Below, piece by piece: positions 10,428 to 21,811 of a stretch of 64,000 nucleotides of DNA. A program made the translations under genes and the position numbers. Below the pieces are notes generated by a model. The model made no database searches, was not told the DNA's origin, and saw only the letters and a program-made list of their open reading frames with translations. Source of the DNA: Thecamonas trahens ATCC 50062 (taxonomy: Eukaryota > Protista > Apusomonadida); NCBI RefSeq assembly GCF_000142905.1, contig NW_013657662.1:1-64000 (forward strand). The letters are read 5' to 3'. Each line of letters begins with the position of its first letter. Position 1 is the stretch's first letter.

Positions 10428-13274
10428 TCACTCGTACAGCGAGTGCAACAGCTCAGCATAGACGGCAATGACAACGTCGCGGCGGAGCTTGTACGCCACG
10501 TCGAGTTCGCCCGAGTAGACGGTGAACGGCGCCGGGGTAAAGGCCCACCGGTGGATCTGGACGGCTTGGGGCGCGGCGTCGTTGTACGCGTCGACCCGTG
10601 TTTGGACGTAGCGGATGACATCCGGATGCGCGATGACTTCGGCGACAGTGATGCGGGCTGTGGCGTCGACGTCGGCGAGCATGGCAGCCTGCAGCTCGAG
10701 GAGGTCGAGCTCGGCGGCAGACTCGACGTCGTCGTCGAGCCTCCTCTGCCCGCTCTCGTAGATCCAGCGGAGAATGCCCGAGTCGATGCGGGTCGTCGCC
10801 TCGCCGGTCTGTCGGTTGAGCTTGGTCTCGGGAGTAAAGAGTGCAACGAGATGGGCCTTGTTCTCGCCGTAGACAAAGGCATGCTCGATGCCCGGAATGG
10901 CGTCGACGAGCTTGGCCTCCACCGCTATTGGCGCGAGCGCGGTCCCGTCCGCGAGCGTCACCACGTCCTCGACCTTGCCGTCGACGTGCAGAAAGCCTCC
11001 CTCGAACCGCCCAAAGTCGCCGGTCTCGAACCAGCCGGCCGAGTCGAAGAGCGGTGCCTGGTCGTGCTTGCGCATGCGAAAGTAGCCCATAAATACGTTG
11101 CGCCCGTAGACCCGGATCGGGCCCTCGCCGGCCTCCTGCTCGAGCGGCACGCCCGAGGCGGTGATGAGCTCGCGCCGGTCATCGCGCGTCGACACGCCCG
11201 TCCCAAGCAGCCGCCGCCCGACCGTCCCAGTCAGACATGCTCCGGGCAATGAGAGCGTCGAGACGCCGGTGCACTCGGTCATGCCGTACGAGACGTAGAT
11301 CTGCAGGCCGAGCGACTGGAAAAACTCGAGCGTGTCGACCGAGATGTGCGAGCCCATCGAGACCACAATTCGCGCGTTCTGCAGCCCGATTCGCTGCCGG
11401 AACGGGAGAAAGGTCGTCAGCCGCGCGAGCGTGTAGCCCCACGGCATCGACTCGCCGCGCTGAGCCGCGTACGTTGCCGCGAGGCCTTTCCGCCGCGCCC
11501 ACGCCAGCATCCGATTCCGCGCGCCCCAACCCGAGTGAGTGTACTCAAACTCCTCGAACCGATCGCGGAGCCGCTCAAAGATGTGCGGCATGCCCACAAA
11601 GAACGACGGCCCCACCTCGCGGAGCACGTCGCCGAGAGAGCCCTTGAGCGCAGTCTTGGTGACAAACGAGACAGCATGCCCAGTGACAAGCGGCACCACA
11701 AGGTCGACGAGCAGGCCGTAGACCGACGAGAGCGACATGAACGAGACCGCCTTGTCCGACCCGCTCGCGCCGAGCATGCCCGAGAGAATCGTTCCCGCCC
11801 ACAGCAGGTTGTCGTGCGAGAGCATGCAGCCCTTTGGCGCCGACGACGCTCCGGGCGTGTACACAATCGTGGCGCACATGCCCGGCTCGACCTCGGCCTG
11901 CCGCCGCCGCACCAGCCGCTGCAGCATCGACTCGTCGGTTCCGGCGAGGAGCACAAACTCGTCAAAAACAAATGGATAGATGCCGGCGTTGCGGAGGTAC
12001 CGCGCAGAGTCATCGCGGAGCGCCGTGAACGAGACCACCGCAAATAGCTTCGAGTACTTCGTCTGCCGCAGGACAGAGACAAGGACCTCTAGCTCCGTCT
12101 GCCCACCAATGAACAGCACCGTGATCGACGCGTGCCGGAGAATGTGCCCAATTGAACCCTCGTCAAACGCGTCGTGAATGCCCACAGGAATGCCGGCAAC
12201 CATGACCGAGCCGAGAAACGCCATGCACCACTGCGGCGAGTTGGCCGCAAAAATGCCCACACGCATCCCGGCCTTGATCCCCATCTTCATCAGCGACCGT
12301 GCCACTCGCTTCGCCTGCAGGTAGTACCCACGCCATGTCACCGTCGCCCACTCCACCGCGCTCTTCTTCTGCCGCATCGCTGGATACACCGTAAGCTCAG
12401 CCTGCATCTCGCGGAACTGTTCCATCAGCGTCATAGGCCGCAACGCGTTGGGGTCGTCGGTCTCACTGTTGTACTTGTTCCAGAAAATAGACACCGCCTC
12501 CCGCGGCTTGTTTGTCCACAGCGCCTTGTGGAGGAGCTCTCCCGGATCGAGCCCGTCCGAGCCGGCCCCGGCCTCTACATCCGCCTCGCCGGCCGTGCTC
12601 CCCTCGCCGCCGCCGCCGCCCCGCACCAGCTCCACCACAGACGCACCCGAACCAAGGTATCGCCCATCCACAGAGCCCTCAGAGTCTGAAGACTCTGTCG
12701 ATCGCGCCACCTTGCGCTTCACCGCCCGCCGCGACCGCAGCCCGCTCGCCTTCTTCTTCTTCCTCCTCCTCCGCCCCACTCCCCCGGATGGCCCGGCCAT
12801 GCCGCTCGAGCTCGACGAGCCTATCCCACTCGAGCTCGAACTTGAGCTAGACTTTGAGCTCGATCTTGAACTTGAGCTCGAGCTCGAGCTTGGCTCCATG
12901 CCAGTTGTCGAGCCTCCAGCCACCGACGAAGCGTCGCCCTGCGCCTCTTCCTGCTGCTCGGCAGCTTCTGCGTCCTCGGCTCCTTGCGGATGCTCAGACA
13001 AGGCCGACGCCGCTACACACCCCGTCGTTCCCTCGCCAGCCTTCCAGCCGCAGCCCCCTGCCGCGCTCCATTCTGTATATTCGCCACTCGTTCTTGTCCT
13101 GCTACGGCATGCCGTCCTTGCCCCAAGGAGAGGGTCGGCGTCGAGAGCGACGATGCCATGCCGCCGCAACAGCCCGCCTTCACCCTCGCTCACTCGGCTG
13201 CCTCCCTGCCTCTGCTGCAACCTCCGACTGCCACTGCAGCCGTCACAGGATGTCCCCTCCATTGCCCAGTGCAA
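10428..13274 (-). CDS. Long-chain acyl-CoA synthetase, ACSBG/bubblegum-like, with low-complexity N-terminal extension (true start uncertain, perhaps 12900)
   Basis: AMP-binding family motifs IVYTPGASSAPKGCMLSHDNL, YGMTEC, GRNVFMGY, GWFETGDFG, FTVYSGELDVAYKLRR; ACSBG-type N-terminal LWT and TWRGYY segments. Confidence 0.88.
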   Translation of the reverse strand: MHWAMEGTSCDGCSGSRRLQQRQGGSRVSEGEGGLLRRHGIVALDADPLLGARTACRSRTRTSGEYTEWSAAGGCGWKAGEGTTGCVAASALSEHPQGAEDAEAAEQQEEAQGDASSVAGGSTTGMEPSSSSSSSSRSSSKSSSSSSSSGIGSSSSSGMAGPSGGVGRRRRKKKKASGLRSRRAVKRKVARSTESSDSEGSVDGRYLGSGASVVELVRGGGGGEGSTAGEADVEAGAGSDGLDPGELLHKALWTNKPREAVSIFWNKYNSETDDPNALRPMTLMEQFREMQAELTVYPAMRQKKSAVEWATVTWRGYYLQAKRVARSLMKMGIKAGMRVGIFAANSPQWCMAFLGSVMVAGIPVGIHDAFDEGSIGHILRHASITVLFIGGQTELEVLVSVLRQTKYSKLFAVVSFTALRDDSARYLRNAGIYPFVFDEFVLLAGTDESMLQRLVRRRQAEVEPGMCATIVYTPGASSAPKGCMLSHDNLLWAGTILSGMLGASGSDKAVSFMSLSSVYGLLVDLVVPLVTGHAVSFVTKTALKGSLGDVLREVGPSFFVGMPHIFERLRDRFEEFEYTHSGWGARNRMLAWARRKGLAATYAAQRGESMPWGYTLARLTTFLPFRQRIGLQNARIVVSMGSHISVDTLEFFQSLGLQIYVSYGMTECTGVSTLSLPGACLTGTVGRRLLGTGVSTRDDRRELITASGVPLEQEAGEGPIRVYGRNVFMGYFRMRKHDQAPLFDSAGWFETGDFGRFEGGFLHVDGKVEDVVTLADGTALAPIAVEAKLVDAIPGIEHAFVYGENKAHLVALFTPETKLNRQTGEATTRIDSGILRWIYESGQRRLDDDVESAAELDLLELQAAMLADVDATARITVAEVIAHPDVIRYVQTRVDAYNDAAPQAVQIHRWAFTPAPFTVYSGELDVAYKLRRDVVIAVYAELLHSLYE

Positions 13275-13474
13275 GTGAAGTGGTACTCCAACTCGATTAC
13301 TTTCCCTTCGGTCCCCTCGCCTTTACATCCTCGCTTCTCGGTCCCCAAAAGTTGACATTCACAAACTGTGCGCAGTATGTCACGGCAAACCCCACACCCC
13401 AATCACAAAAGCAATGAAGTCCGAGTTTCTGCCGAGACCCCCTCCACCCCCCCCCTCCCCCTCCCAATGACTCT

Positions 13475-13522
13475 CCACCACCACCACCACCACCACCACC
13501 ACCACCACCACCACCACCACCC
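13475..13522. repeat. (CCA)n microsatellite, ~16 units
   Basis: Perfect trinucleotide run in the divergent intergenic region. Confidence 0.95.
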
Positions 13523-13808
13523 CATCCCTTCCTTCCCCGTCCCTCCCTCCACCCCCAGCCCCCTTTGCCCTCCACCACCACCACCCACCCACCCACCCCT
13601 CCATCACCCCTCCTCTCGTACACACACCCTTCCTCCAAATCCCCTGTCCCGCATCAACCATCAACATTGTTCGTCAAAGCAGAAAGCCCAACCTCCAACG
13701 AGCTAAAACCACAGCCACTCCACCACCAGTATCGCATTCAACACCACACACGACCATACATCCCCACAATCACTCAGTCGTAGTGTGTGCCCTCTCGCCC
13801 GCGACGCT

Positions 13809-15021
13809 ATGACCGCTCGCCACATTGAGCTCTCCATCCCCACAGACCTGGTCACTTCGCCACCTGGCGCTCTGTCTGCTCTTCTCACCTGTGCCACCCT
13901 CCCGGACGCCGAACAATCCTCGTCAGCACGCAAGGCACCGGCAGCAGGGGCGCAGCCGACGTCACCAGGCTCAGCAGGGCGGTCAGACGGGGGCGAGGGA
14001 AAGAGCAAGCGGCTGCCGAGTGATGGTCTTGCGCCTCCGCACCTCATCTCCACCCTCTTTATCCTCACACACTCGGCAGGTGGCTCCAAAGACTCGCCAC
14101 TCCTCGCCGCCGTCGCCACAGGCCTCGTCACCCACAACCCGTCCATCGCCGTCCTCCGCTTTGACTTTCCCTACCGCTCCGCCCGCTCCAACGGCCCGCC
14201 CGACCGCCAGCCCAAGCTTATCGAGTCGGTCGCCGCTGTGGTAAGCCATGTCCTCTCGGCTTCGTTTGCCTCGTTTGTCGCCGATGCTGCCTCCCCGGCC
14301 TCGCTTGCTCTCGCCAACGTCTACCTCGGCGGTGCCTCGATGGGCTGCCGCGCCGTCGCCTCGTTCGTCAACTCATTCGGCCACCTCTACGAGCACCTCA
14401 TTGCGGGCCTGGTCTTCTACGCCTATCCGCTTCATCCGGCCAACGACCCGTCCAAGCTCCGCGACGGCCCGCTCCTCCTCCTCGACCGCCACACCCGAGT
14501 CTGCTTCATCCAAGGCACCCGCGATCGCCTCTGCTCCGCTCACCTCATGACTTCAGTCAAGTCGCGCATGGCTGCCCGCCACGAGACCCACCTCATCGAG
14601 TCGGCAGACCACTCGTTCAACGTCCTCAAGTCCTCACCGCTCTCCACTGCAGACGTCTTTGACTCGATCATCGCCACAACCCTGGTCTTCTTCAACGAGC
14701 CCATCTCACGCATCACCATCTCCGTCCCGCCGTCGGCAGTCTCCTCGCCCACCGCTGCTCCGTCGGCCCTCGATCCCTCCGCCCCCGCCGCCGTCTCGCG
14801 CAAGCGCAACCGCTCAGACTCCAACACCCCGCCGCCGCCGCCGCCTTCCGCCCCCGCCGTTCGAGCCCCGCTCGCTCCGCCGTGCCCGCGTTGTCCCTGC
14901 CTCGCTTGCTGTCACCAACTCGCCGCCTGACGTCCACGTCCTGCCAGCCTTCAAAAAGGCCAAGCGCTCCACCCGATCGTCGTCCGCAGCCGCAGCCGCC
15001 GCCACATCCTCTGCACAATAG
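13809..15021 (+). CDS. Alpha/beta hydrolase (KANSL3/TEX30-like family); tail frame-broken near 14827-14869
   Basis: ILTHSAGG, RFDFPYR...PPDR, nucleophile elbow GGASMGCR, YPLHP, QGTRDRL, SADHSF catalytic triad; natural-looking C-terminus (AFKKAKR...SSAQ*) lies in another frame ending at 15021. Confidence 0.82.
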
Positions 15022-15133
15022 CGATGACCCTTAACGGTACGGTCGTTTGGGCGCGTTGTCGCCGGCCTCAAAGTGAACAACACAGTACATGATCAAGTCC
15101 TCGAACCCCCTGCTGCCGCTACACACCGGCCGA

Positions 15134-15170
15134 TCGGCGTCGCATGTCGGCGTCGCATGTCGGCGTCGCA
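15134..15170. repeat. 13-bp tandem repeat (TCGGCGTCGCATG) x~3
   Basis: Directly visible. Confidence 0.85.
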
Positions 15171-15873
15171 AGGCTGCCGCTTGAGAAACTGGGGCGTGCA
15201 AGCAATGCTCGCCATGCGTATCATCAATATGTGTGGGGTAACATAGCGTTGGGCGCTGATGTCATGTCCTGGAACGCGTTGACCAGTCTTTCCAATTCCG
15301 TCCCAAAATTGCTTTTGGACATACTGCCATGATGACACACTCTCGGCCATCAGCCGTGCTCCGCCGGCTCGACAGCTTGAGGTCAAAGTCGAAATAGGGC
15401 GCCCAACGGGCCGCCCGACGGCGGGAGGGGGGGGGAGGGGGCTTCCCCCTCCTTCAAAGCTGATTTTGTCGATGCCATCGGAGCAAACCAAGGTGCAAGC
15501 CGCTTCGCTTCGCTCACCCAGCCGTGGGTGCTAGCAGTCGCGGCAACACTCCCTGACCTACAGGTACGTTTGATACCGCCGGTCAACGCCGGTCAACGAC
15601 AATCAAGCCTCACGCTCGCCAGACTGACCCCACACACAGAGACCAGCCCACCACCACGACCCCCATCTGCCGCACACCCCACACACTCGCCCCATCAATG
15701 CATCCACGCATCCGCCCATACGCTTCCCCGCCCCCATCTGAGTGCCGCACTTTATTCCTCTTGCTGTCCAACTTTGATCCCTTCCGCCGAGATTACATTG
15801 ACATTGGACTCCCGTTTCCCCGCCAACGATCTTACACGCACCTCTCTCGTCACCCCCCCCCCTCATCACAGCT

Positions 15874-18800
15874 ATGCACCACCTCGTCCTCCTTACAATA
15901 TTAGGCCTCGCACTCGCCATCCTCGCTCCCTCAGCTGACACCGTCTCGGTCCGTCTTGTTGCCTTTTCCTCCCCCCTCGTAGATTGGTCGGCGCCTGCCA
16001 GCCAACTTGCGGCCTTTTTCGCCGCTGCGCCAAACGTAACACATTCGGCCGCAGCTGTTGTCGTCGATTCGCCGGGCCCGCTCGCCGACTACCTCCGTCT
16101 TGTCCAGCCGCCGCTCCCGGCCGACCTTGTTGCGCCGCATGGTCTTGCTACAAACATCGAGGATGTGTATGAGCTCTTTCAGCAACTTCCCGACGACCTT
16201 GCTGCAACCATCGTTCCCGACCTCATCCCCGCTGTTGTCCCACTGCTCACGGCACACCACGCGACCGATGCTCACCCGTCTCTCTACGGCGTACCGCTCC
16301 TCGCCGCCCCGGCCGTTTGCATCTTCAGCAAGCCCGCACTTGCTCGCATCGGCCTCTCACCGCCCACCTCCTGGTCCACCCTCCGCGCTACCTGTTCCAT
16401 CGCCGCCGACAAGCTGCCCGACATGGTCTCCTGCCTCGGCTTCCCATCTCGCCTTCCATCGAGCCTCTTTGACATGCTCGCCATCCGCACACACGGCGAT
16501 GCCTTCTTCCGCAACCTCACCGCCGGTGCCATCTCGCTCACAGACCCGCGCGTCGTCGCCATCGTCGACGACATCGCCTCTCTTGCCGACGTCCACCACT
16601 ACTCCGCCGCCGCCACCGAGCTCCAACTTTCGCCGGCAGACCTTTCGTCGTACCGCAGCCTTGCCCTCGGCCACAGCCTCATGGTCTGCGGTGAGACCCT
16701 GGATCACGCCGCTGCCGTATCTGCTGGCATGGATCCTAATAATCTCGGCGCTTTGCCTTTCCGCCCCTCGACTCGGATCCATCGCCAAGCCTCCCGTTGC
16801 CCTCGACAGCTGTCCTCGCCTCCATCTTTGCTCTATGCGCTCCCAAAGCCTCCATCGCCGGCCCGACTGCGCTCGACCTCGCGCGCTTCGCCGCCGACCC
16901 GGCCACTCTCGCCGCTCTCCTCGACGCCAATCCCGACCGCATTCCGCTCACCTCATCGCTCGCTACGCACCTCACCTCCGCCAACCTCCAGAGCCTCGCT
17001 GCCATCGTGTCCTCGGCCTCGGCACTCCTTCAGCACTCGGCCGTCTTTATCGGATCGACCTCGCTCACAACGGCCTGGAACGCCTTTCACAGCAACATGT
17101 TTCTCGCTCAGGCCTCACTCTCCTCGCCCCTCGTCCGCACCGAGGCCCTCGCCGATCTCGAAGCTCTGCGGCTCGAGTCGGTCCTCGCCCAGGTCGCACC
17201 GCCGCGCATTACCCACGACTCGGGCTCGTACCACACCCGCATCTCCGTAGGCATTTACTCGCCCACCGCCAACGCCGTCATCCACTACACCCTCGATGGC
17301 TCGCTGCCCTCGCACACCTCACCGCGCCTCGCCTCGCCACTCCTGCACATCGACCGAGATGGGAACGTTGCCCTCCGTGCCATCGCCATCGCCCCGGGCT
17401 CGCTCCGTCGCCTGTTGTGTTGCGCCTCTACCACTTGCCGCACTCATCCACGTCACCGCCGCCCATCTCCGCCTCCGTCATCGTCGCCATCTCCGCCTGC
17501 ACCCTCATCGGTTGCATCGCCGTGACACTCCTCGCTGTGCTGATCATCGTCCATCGCCGCCGTCGCCGCGCCTCGATTGACGCCGCCGACTGGGAGGCCC
17601 AACCCGCCAGCCCGTCCCTGCAAGCCGCCACTTCGTCGTCTTCAGTCGTCCTCGCTGCCGAGGAGGCCAACTCGTGTGGCCCCAACTTGGTCGACGACAA
17701 CATTTGCCTCCGTCCCAGCGACGTGGAATGCCTCCATCTTGTCGGTTCGGGCTCCTTTGGTGCCGTCTACACAGGCTCCTGGTCTGGCACCTCGGTCGCC
17801 ATCAAGCACCTCCGCCTCGCGCCCGCCGCCGCATCCTCGCCGGGCATCGTCGACGCCATCATCCAAGAGGTCGGCACGCTCGCCGCCATCACCGCCCCAA
17901 ACGTCGTCCACATCCTCGGCGCCCTCCAAACCCCGCTTGCCATCGTCTCAGAGTTTGCCGAGCGCGGCTCGCTGGCTGCCATCCTCACCTCCAATCACAC
18001 CATTCTCGACGCCTCGATCATCTTCAAGTGGGCCAACGACATTACCGCCGGCCTCGCCGCCCTCCACGCCGCTGGCGTTGTTCACGGCTCGCTCAATCCG
18101 CGCAACGTGCTCCTCGACTCCAACTGGGTTGCAAAGCTCGCAGACTATGGTCTTGCGCCTGCAAAGGGCGACCTCTCGCTCGTCGCCGCCTCACACGCCT
18201 TCGTCACCTCGACCCGGAAACTCCCGCCCGCCACCACCGATCAACTTGCCAACACCTGCCACTCGTCGCGCTCTAATCCTGGCGGCCCACCTCTTCACCG
18301 CTCCTCGCGCTCGGGTCAGTCGAGCGTTTTCGCCTCGCACGACTTGCTTGACTCGTCCATCACCTCGGCCGCGCTGGGCGATTCAACTCTCGTCTCGATT
18401 CCAGAGTACCCAGTAGGCGACGTCTCGGACCTCTACTACGCCGCGCCCGAGGTCATCGCCAATGGCCGCGCCGCCGTCTCCAAAGCCTCTGATCTCTTTG
18501 CCCTTGCAATCACGCTCTGGGAACTCACGTCGCGTCGCCGTGTCTACGCCGACCAGAACCCGCTAGCCGTCGCCGTCGAAGTCGCTCGGGGTGCCCGGCC
18601 GCCGCTAGAGGACATCCCGCCGACCTTTGCGCTCCTCGGCAACGTTACCTCGGGCCTCTGGGCCCAGAGCCCGGACGAGCGCCTCCCGCTCACCGACGCG
18701 CTCTCTCTCATGGCTGATCTCTTTGATCCAGAAGTAGTCATCTTCCCATCCGAGCCGCAAGCTCCCTTTGGCTCCATCCTCGCCGTCAAGGTCATCTTTC

Positions 18801-20470
18801 CGCAAGCCCTCTCGCTCCTTGCCGCCAACCCGGGGCTCTGCCATTCAGCACTTGTCGAATCACTCACCATGGTCGTCGACACCGTCGAGGCCGCCGCCGG
18901 CTGCGTTCTTGCGTCCCATCCGACTTCGGTCTTATTCTCGCTCCACAACCCGTCTGACGTTCACCCCATCGCCCTCGCTCTGCACGCTCGCTCCCCGACT
19001 GTCGGTCCGCCTGTTCTGCTTGCTGTCCGTGGCGTCATCGAGACGACCCGGTCTTCTCATGGAGAGTACAAGCTGGGTGGCGCGGTAATCGACGACCTTC
19101 TCAACCTCGAATCCAGGGTCGTCGCCGCTCCCGCCTCGCTCCCGTCCGAAGGCTGCTTGGCTCTCGTCGCCGACAGGCTCGCCGACGAACTCAAGCGCGC
19201 CCATGCCGCCTCGGGCACTGCCATCTCGCTCATTTCCCCGCCACCCGCACTCGCCTCGCTGCATCCTCCGATCTTGCGCATCGAGCTCCCCGCCGTCGTC
19301 GCGCCGAGCTTGAATATCAACTCGACCGGCTCGTCCATGAGCAAGACATCAACCACCCTGGAGACCCCGCGGACATTGCTCTCGGAACGCGTCTTGTCAT
19401 CGGGCAAGCCGCGCTCTTCCTTCGGCTCCTCCGGCTTGAACGACACCACCTTGCTCTCGCACGAGCTTGTCACCACCTCTACGCTCGCCGCCGTCGCCTT
19501 TCTCTCCGGCGCCGCGACGGAGAAGCTCATCCGTGGTGCCTCGCGCCCAGTCCGCGGCTCGTACGCCAACCTACGCCGGACTCGCTGGCAGACTCAGAGT
19601 GTGGTCGTCAAGCACCTGGTCACCCAGTCGTTTTCCAACCAGGAGCTCCTCGCCATTGCCGCAGATGTGGCGTCGGCTACCATCGCGGGCTCGGCCTCCA
19701 AGTGCCTCTCGCCGCCACTCGCTCTCTGCATCGAGCCGCCCAACGTCGCTATCATCTTCCCCCGCCTCCGCTACTGTACCCTCCGGACCATGGCCGTCCA
19801 TCCGGACGTCGTCCGCGCCCGCTACCCGTCGCTCCTTGTGCCGTCGCTCGACATTGTGTGCGCGCTCGGCACCGCCCTCATCGACGCCATCGAGGCGCTG
19901 CACATGGCTACCGGCGCCGCCCACGGCGCTCTCACGCCGTCCAACGTCTCGATCGTCCTCTCCTCCTCGGGCTTCCCCACTCGCGTCATCCTCTCGGACT
20001 TTGGCCTCGCCGCCATCCGAAGGCTTGTCGGCCCCAAGTGTATTCTCCCGTCCGCGTCATATGCCTCACCCGAGGTGCTCTCGGGCAAGACCATAGCCAA
20101 GCAGGCCGACACCTTTACCTTTGGCTCCATGCTCTACCAAATCGCCTGCGGCCAGCCCGCCTTTACCGGCAACAACGAGACCGTCACCGCCGCCCGGGTC
20201 ATCGCCGGCGACCACGCCCCGATTCCGTCCATGATCCCGGAACCACTCGCCCGACTCATCATCGACTGCTGGGCGCCTATCCCGGAGCGCCGACCCACCC
20301 CGTTGGTCATCCGCCACACCCTCTCCAACGTCTGCGCCCAGGCGCTTTCCACCGGTGCCACACCCCGGACTGATCCTGCCATAGCCGACTCCGACCCGCC
20401 TTCCCATCGCCGCTCCTACTCCTCCCCCCGAGGTGCGCGCCACCACACCCCTCGTTCTCCCGGTCGATGA
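15874..20470 (+). CDS. Receptor-like protein: signal peptide, solute-binding domain, CHB_HEX_C/Fn3-like domain, TM, TKL (pseudo)kinase, degenerate class III cyclase, second (pseudo)kinase; -1 breaks at ~16758 and ~17394
   Basis: Three overlapping ORFs join. SP MHHLVLLTILGLALAILAP; YGVPL...FSKPALARIGLSPPTSWSTL; IHYTLDGSLP; TM VIVAISACTLIGCIAVTLLAVLIIV-HRRRRR; VGSGSFGAVY..VAIK, HGSLNPRN, ADYG, YAAPE; APFGSILAV; HGALTPSN, SDFG, ASPE, CW..IPERRP. Confidence 0.85.
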
Positions 20471-20580
20471 CTGTAAAACCTGAACCGCCCCCTCTTGACC
20501 GTCACCCGTCGCGCCGACGGCCCACGCCCACGCCCACGCCCACTCCCACTCCACTCCCACACCCACACCTTTCTCTCCCC

Positions 20581-21782
20581 ATGTTTCGATTCCTCCATAC
20601 CACCGCCCGGTGGGGCCTGACCCTCGCTCCACCACTCGCTGCTGTCACTACCCTCTTGGTCTATGCCAACGACCTCGCAGATTGGCTCCTCTTCACCACC
20701 ACTGTCTACAACCTCGGCGGCTGGTTCGCCCCGGGCTCATCGCCATGGCTCCAACTTGTGGTCCTCTCGGCCATCATGGTTCCCTCCATTATCATCACTC
20801 TGCTCCTCACTTTCTGCTGCTCGATGTACATCTTCTTCAACTTGGCCCGCCTCCCGTCCCGCTCGACGGCCTGGTCGTCGCTCCGCTGCTCTCGCCCTCG
20901 CTCCTTGCTCAGTCGGACGACTCGGATGCTGGCGCCGCCGTCCTTGGCGAAGACGGCGTTGGCCTGCTCCTAGGTGACGTCGGCCTCTGCTCGGTCTATC
21001 CTGCCCTGGAAGAGCGTGATCCTCCCGCCGATGCCGGAGGCAGTGGCGGCCTCGTCGTCGCCAGCCTGCCCAGCTCCACGCCTGTCGGCGTCATCGAGTG
21101 GCTTGCTGCCGAGGCCGCAAACTCATGCGCTACCGAGTCGTATGACGTCCTTGTCCTCCGCAACCTCTTTGTCCTGCCGAGCTACACCAACCATGCAGTG
21201 CCGGCAAGTCTAGTCGCTGCTGCGATCGACGCGTATGCGGCGCAGGCGGCCAGCGGCAATGCCGAAGCCGCACCTGCGGGCCTTCTGCCTGCCGCGGTCG
21301 CCGTTGTGCCCGACGTTGCGGGCCAGCGCGCCTCGCGCATTGCCCGCCTCGCCTCTCGCATCCCGCTCCTCCGCCAGGTCTCGGTCCGGCAGACCAAGAT
21401 CCATGTGTACGCGCTCCCGCACGACCTTGCCGCCGCTGCCTGGCAACTCATCGCCTCGCACCGCGCCGAGCCGCTCGACTCCCAGCTCCTTGCCGTCTTT
21501 CCGCCGCCGCGGACCGAGATCCTTCGCGACGCCACCGACGCCCCAGTCGAGGTTGTCCACCTCGCGTGGCATGCGTCGCACGTCCCCGCCGACGGCTCCG
21601 CTGTCGCCGAGCCCGTCGACGACGCCATTCACCTGTTGGCACTGCCGGCCGGCGATTCGCTAGAGACACAGCTCCTCGACGACTTTCCACAAGCCCGCAC
21701 TACGGTCTCGCTCGCCATCGGCCTCTCCATCGGCCTCGACGACTCGGACTTTACCTGGTACTCGTCGGCTCTCATGTTCTGA
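20581..21782 (+). CDS. Membrane-anchored protein with possible degenerate GNAT-like fold; -1 break at ~20847
   Basis: Two N-terminal TM segments then a joined ORF (FFNLA-PPPVPLDGL...); LRNLFVLPSYTNHAVPASLV resembles GNAT motif A. Confidence 0.55.
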
Positions 21783-21811
21783 TGGCCTTGCAGAGTGTAC
21801 GCGAGCCTCAC

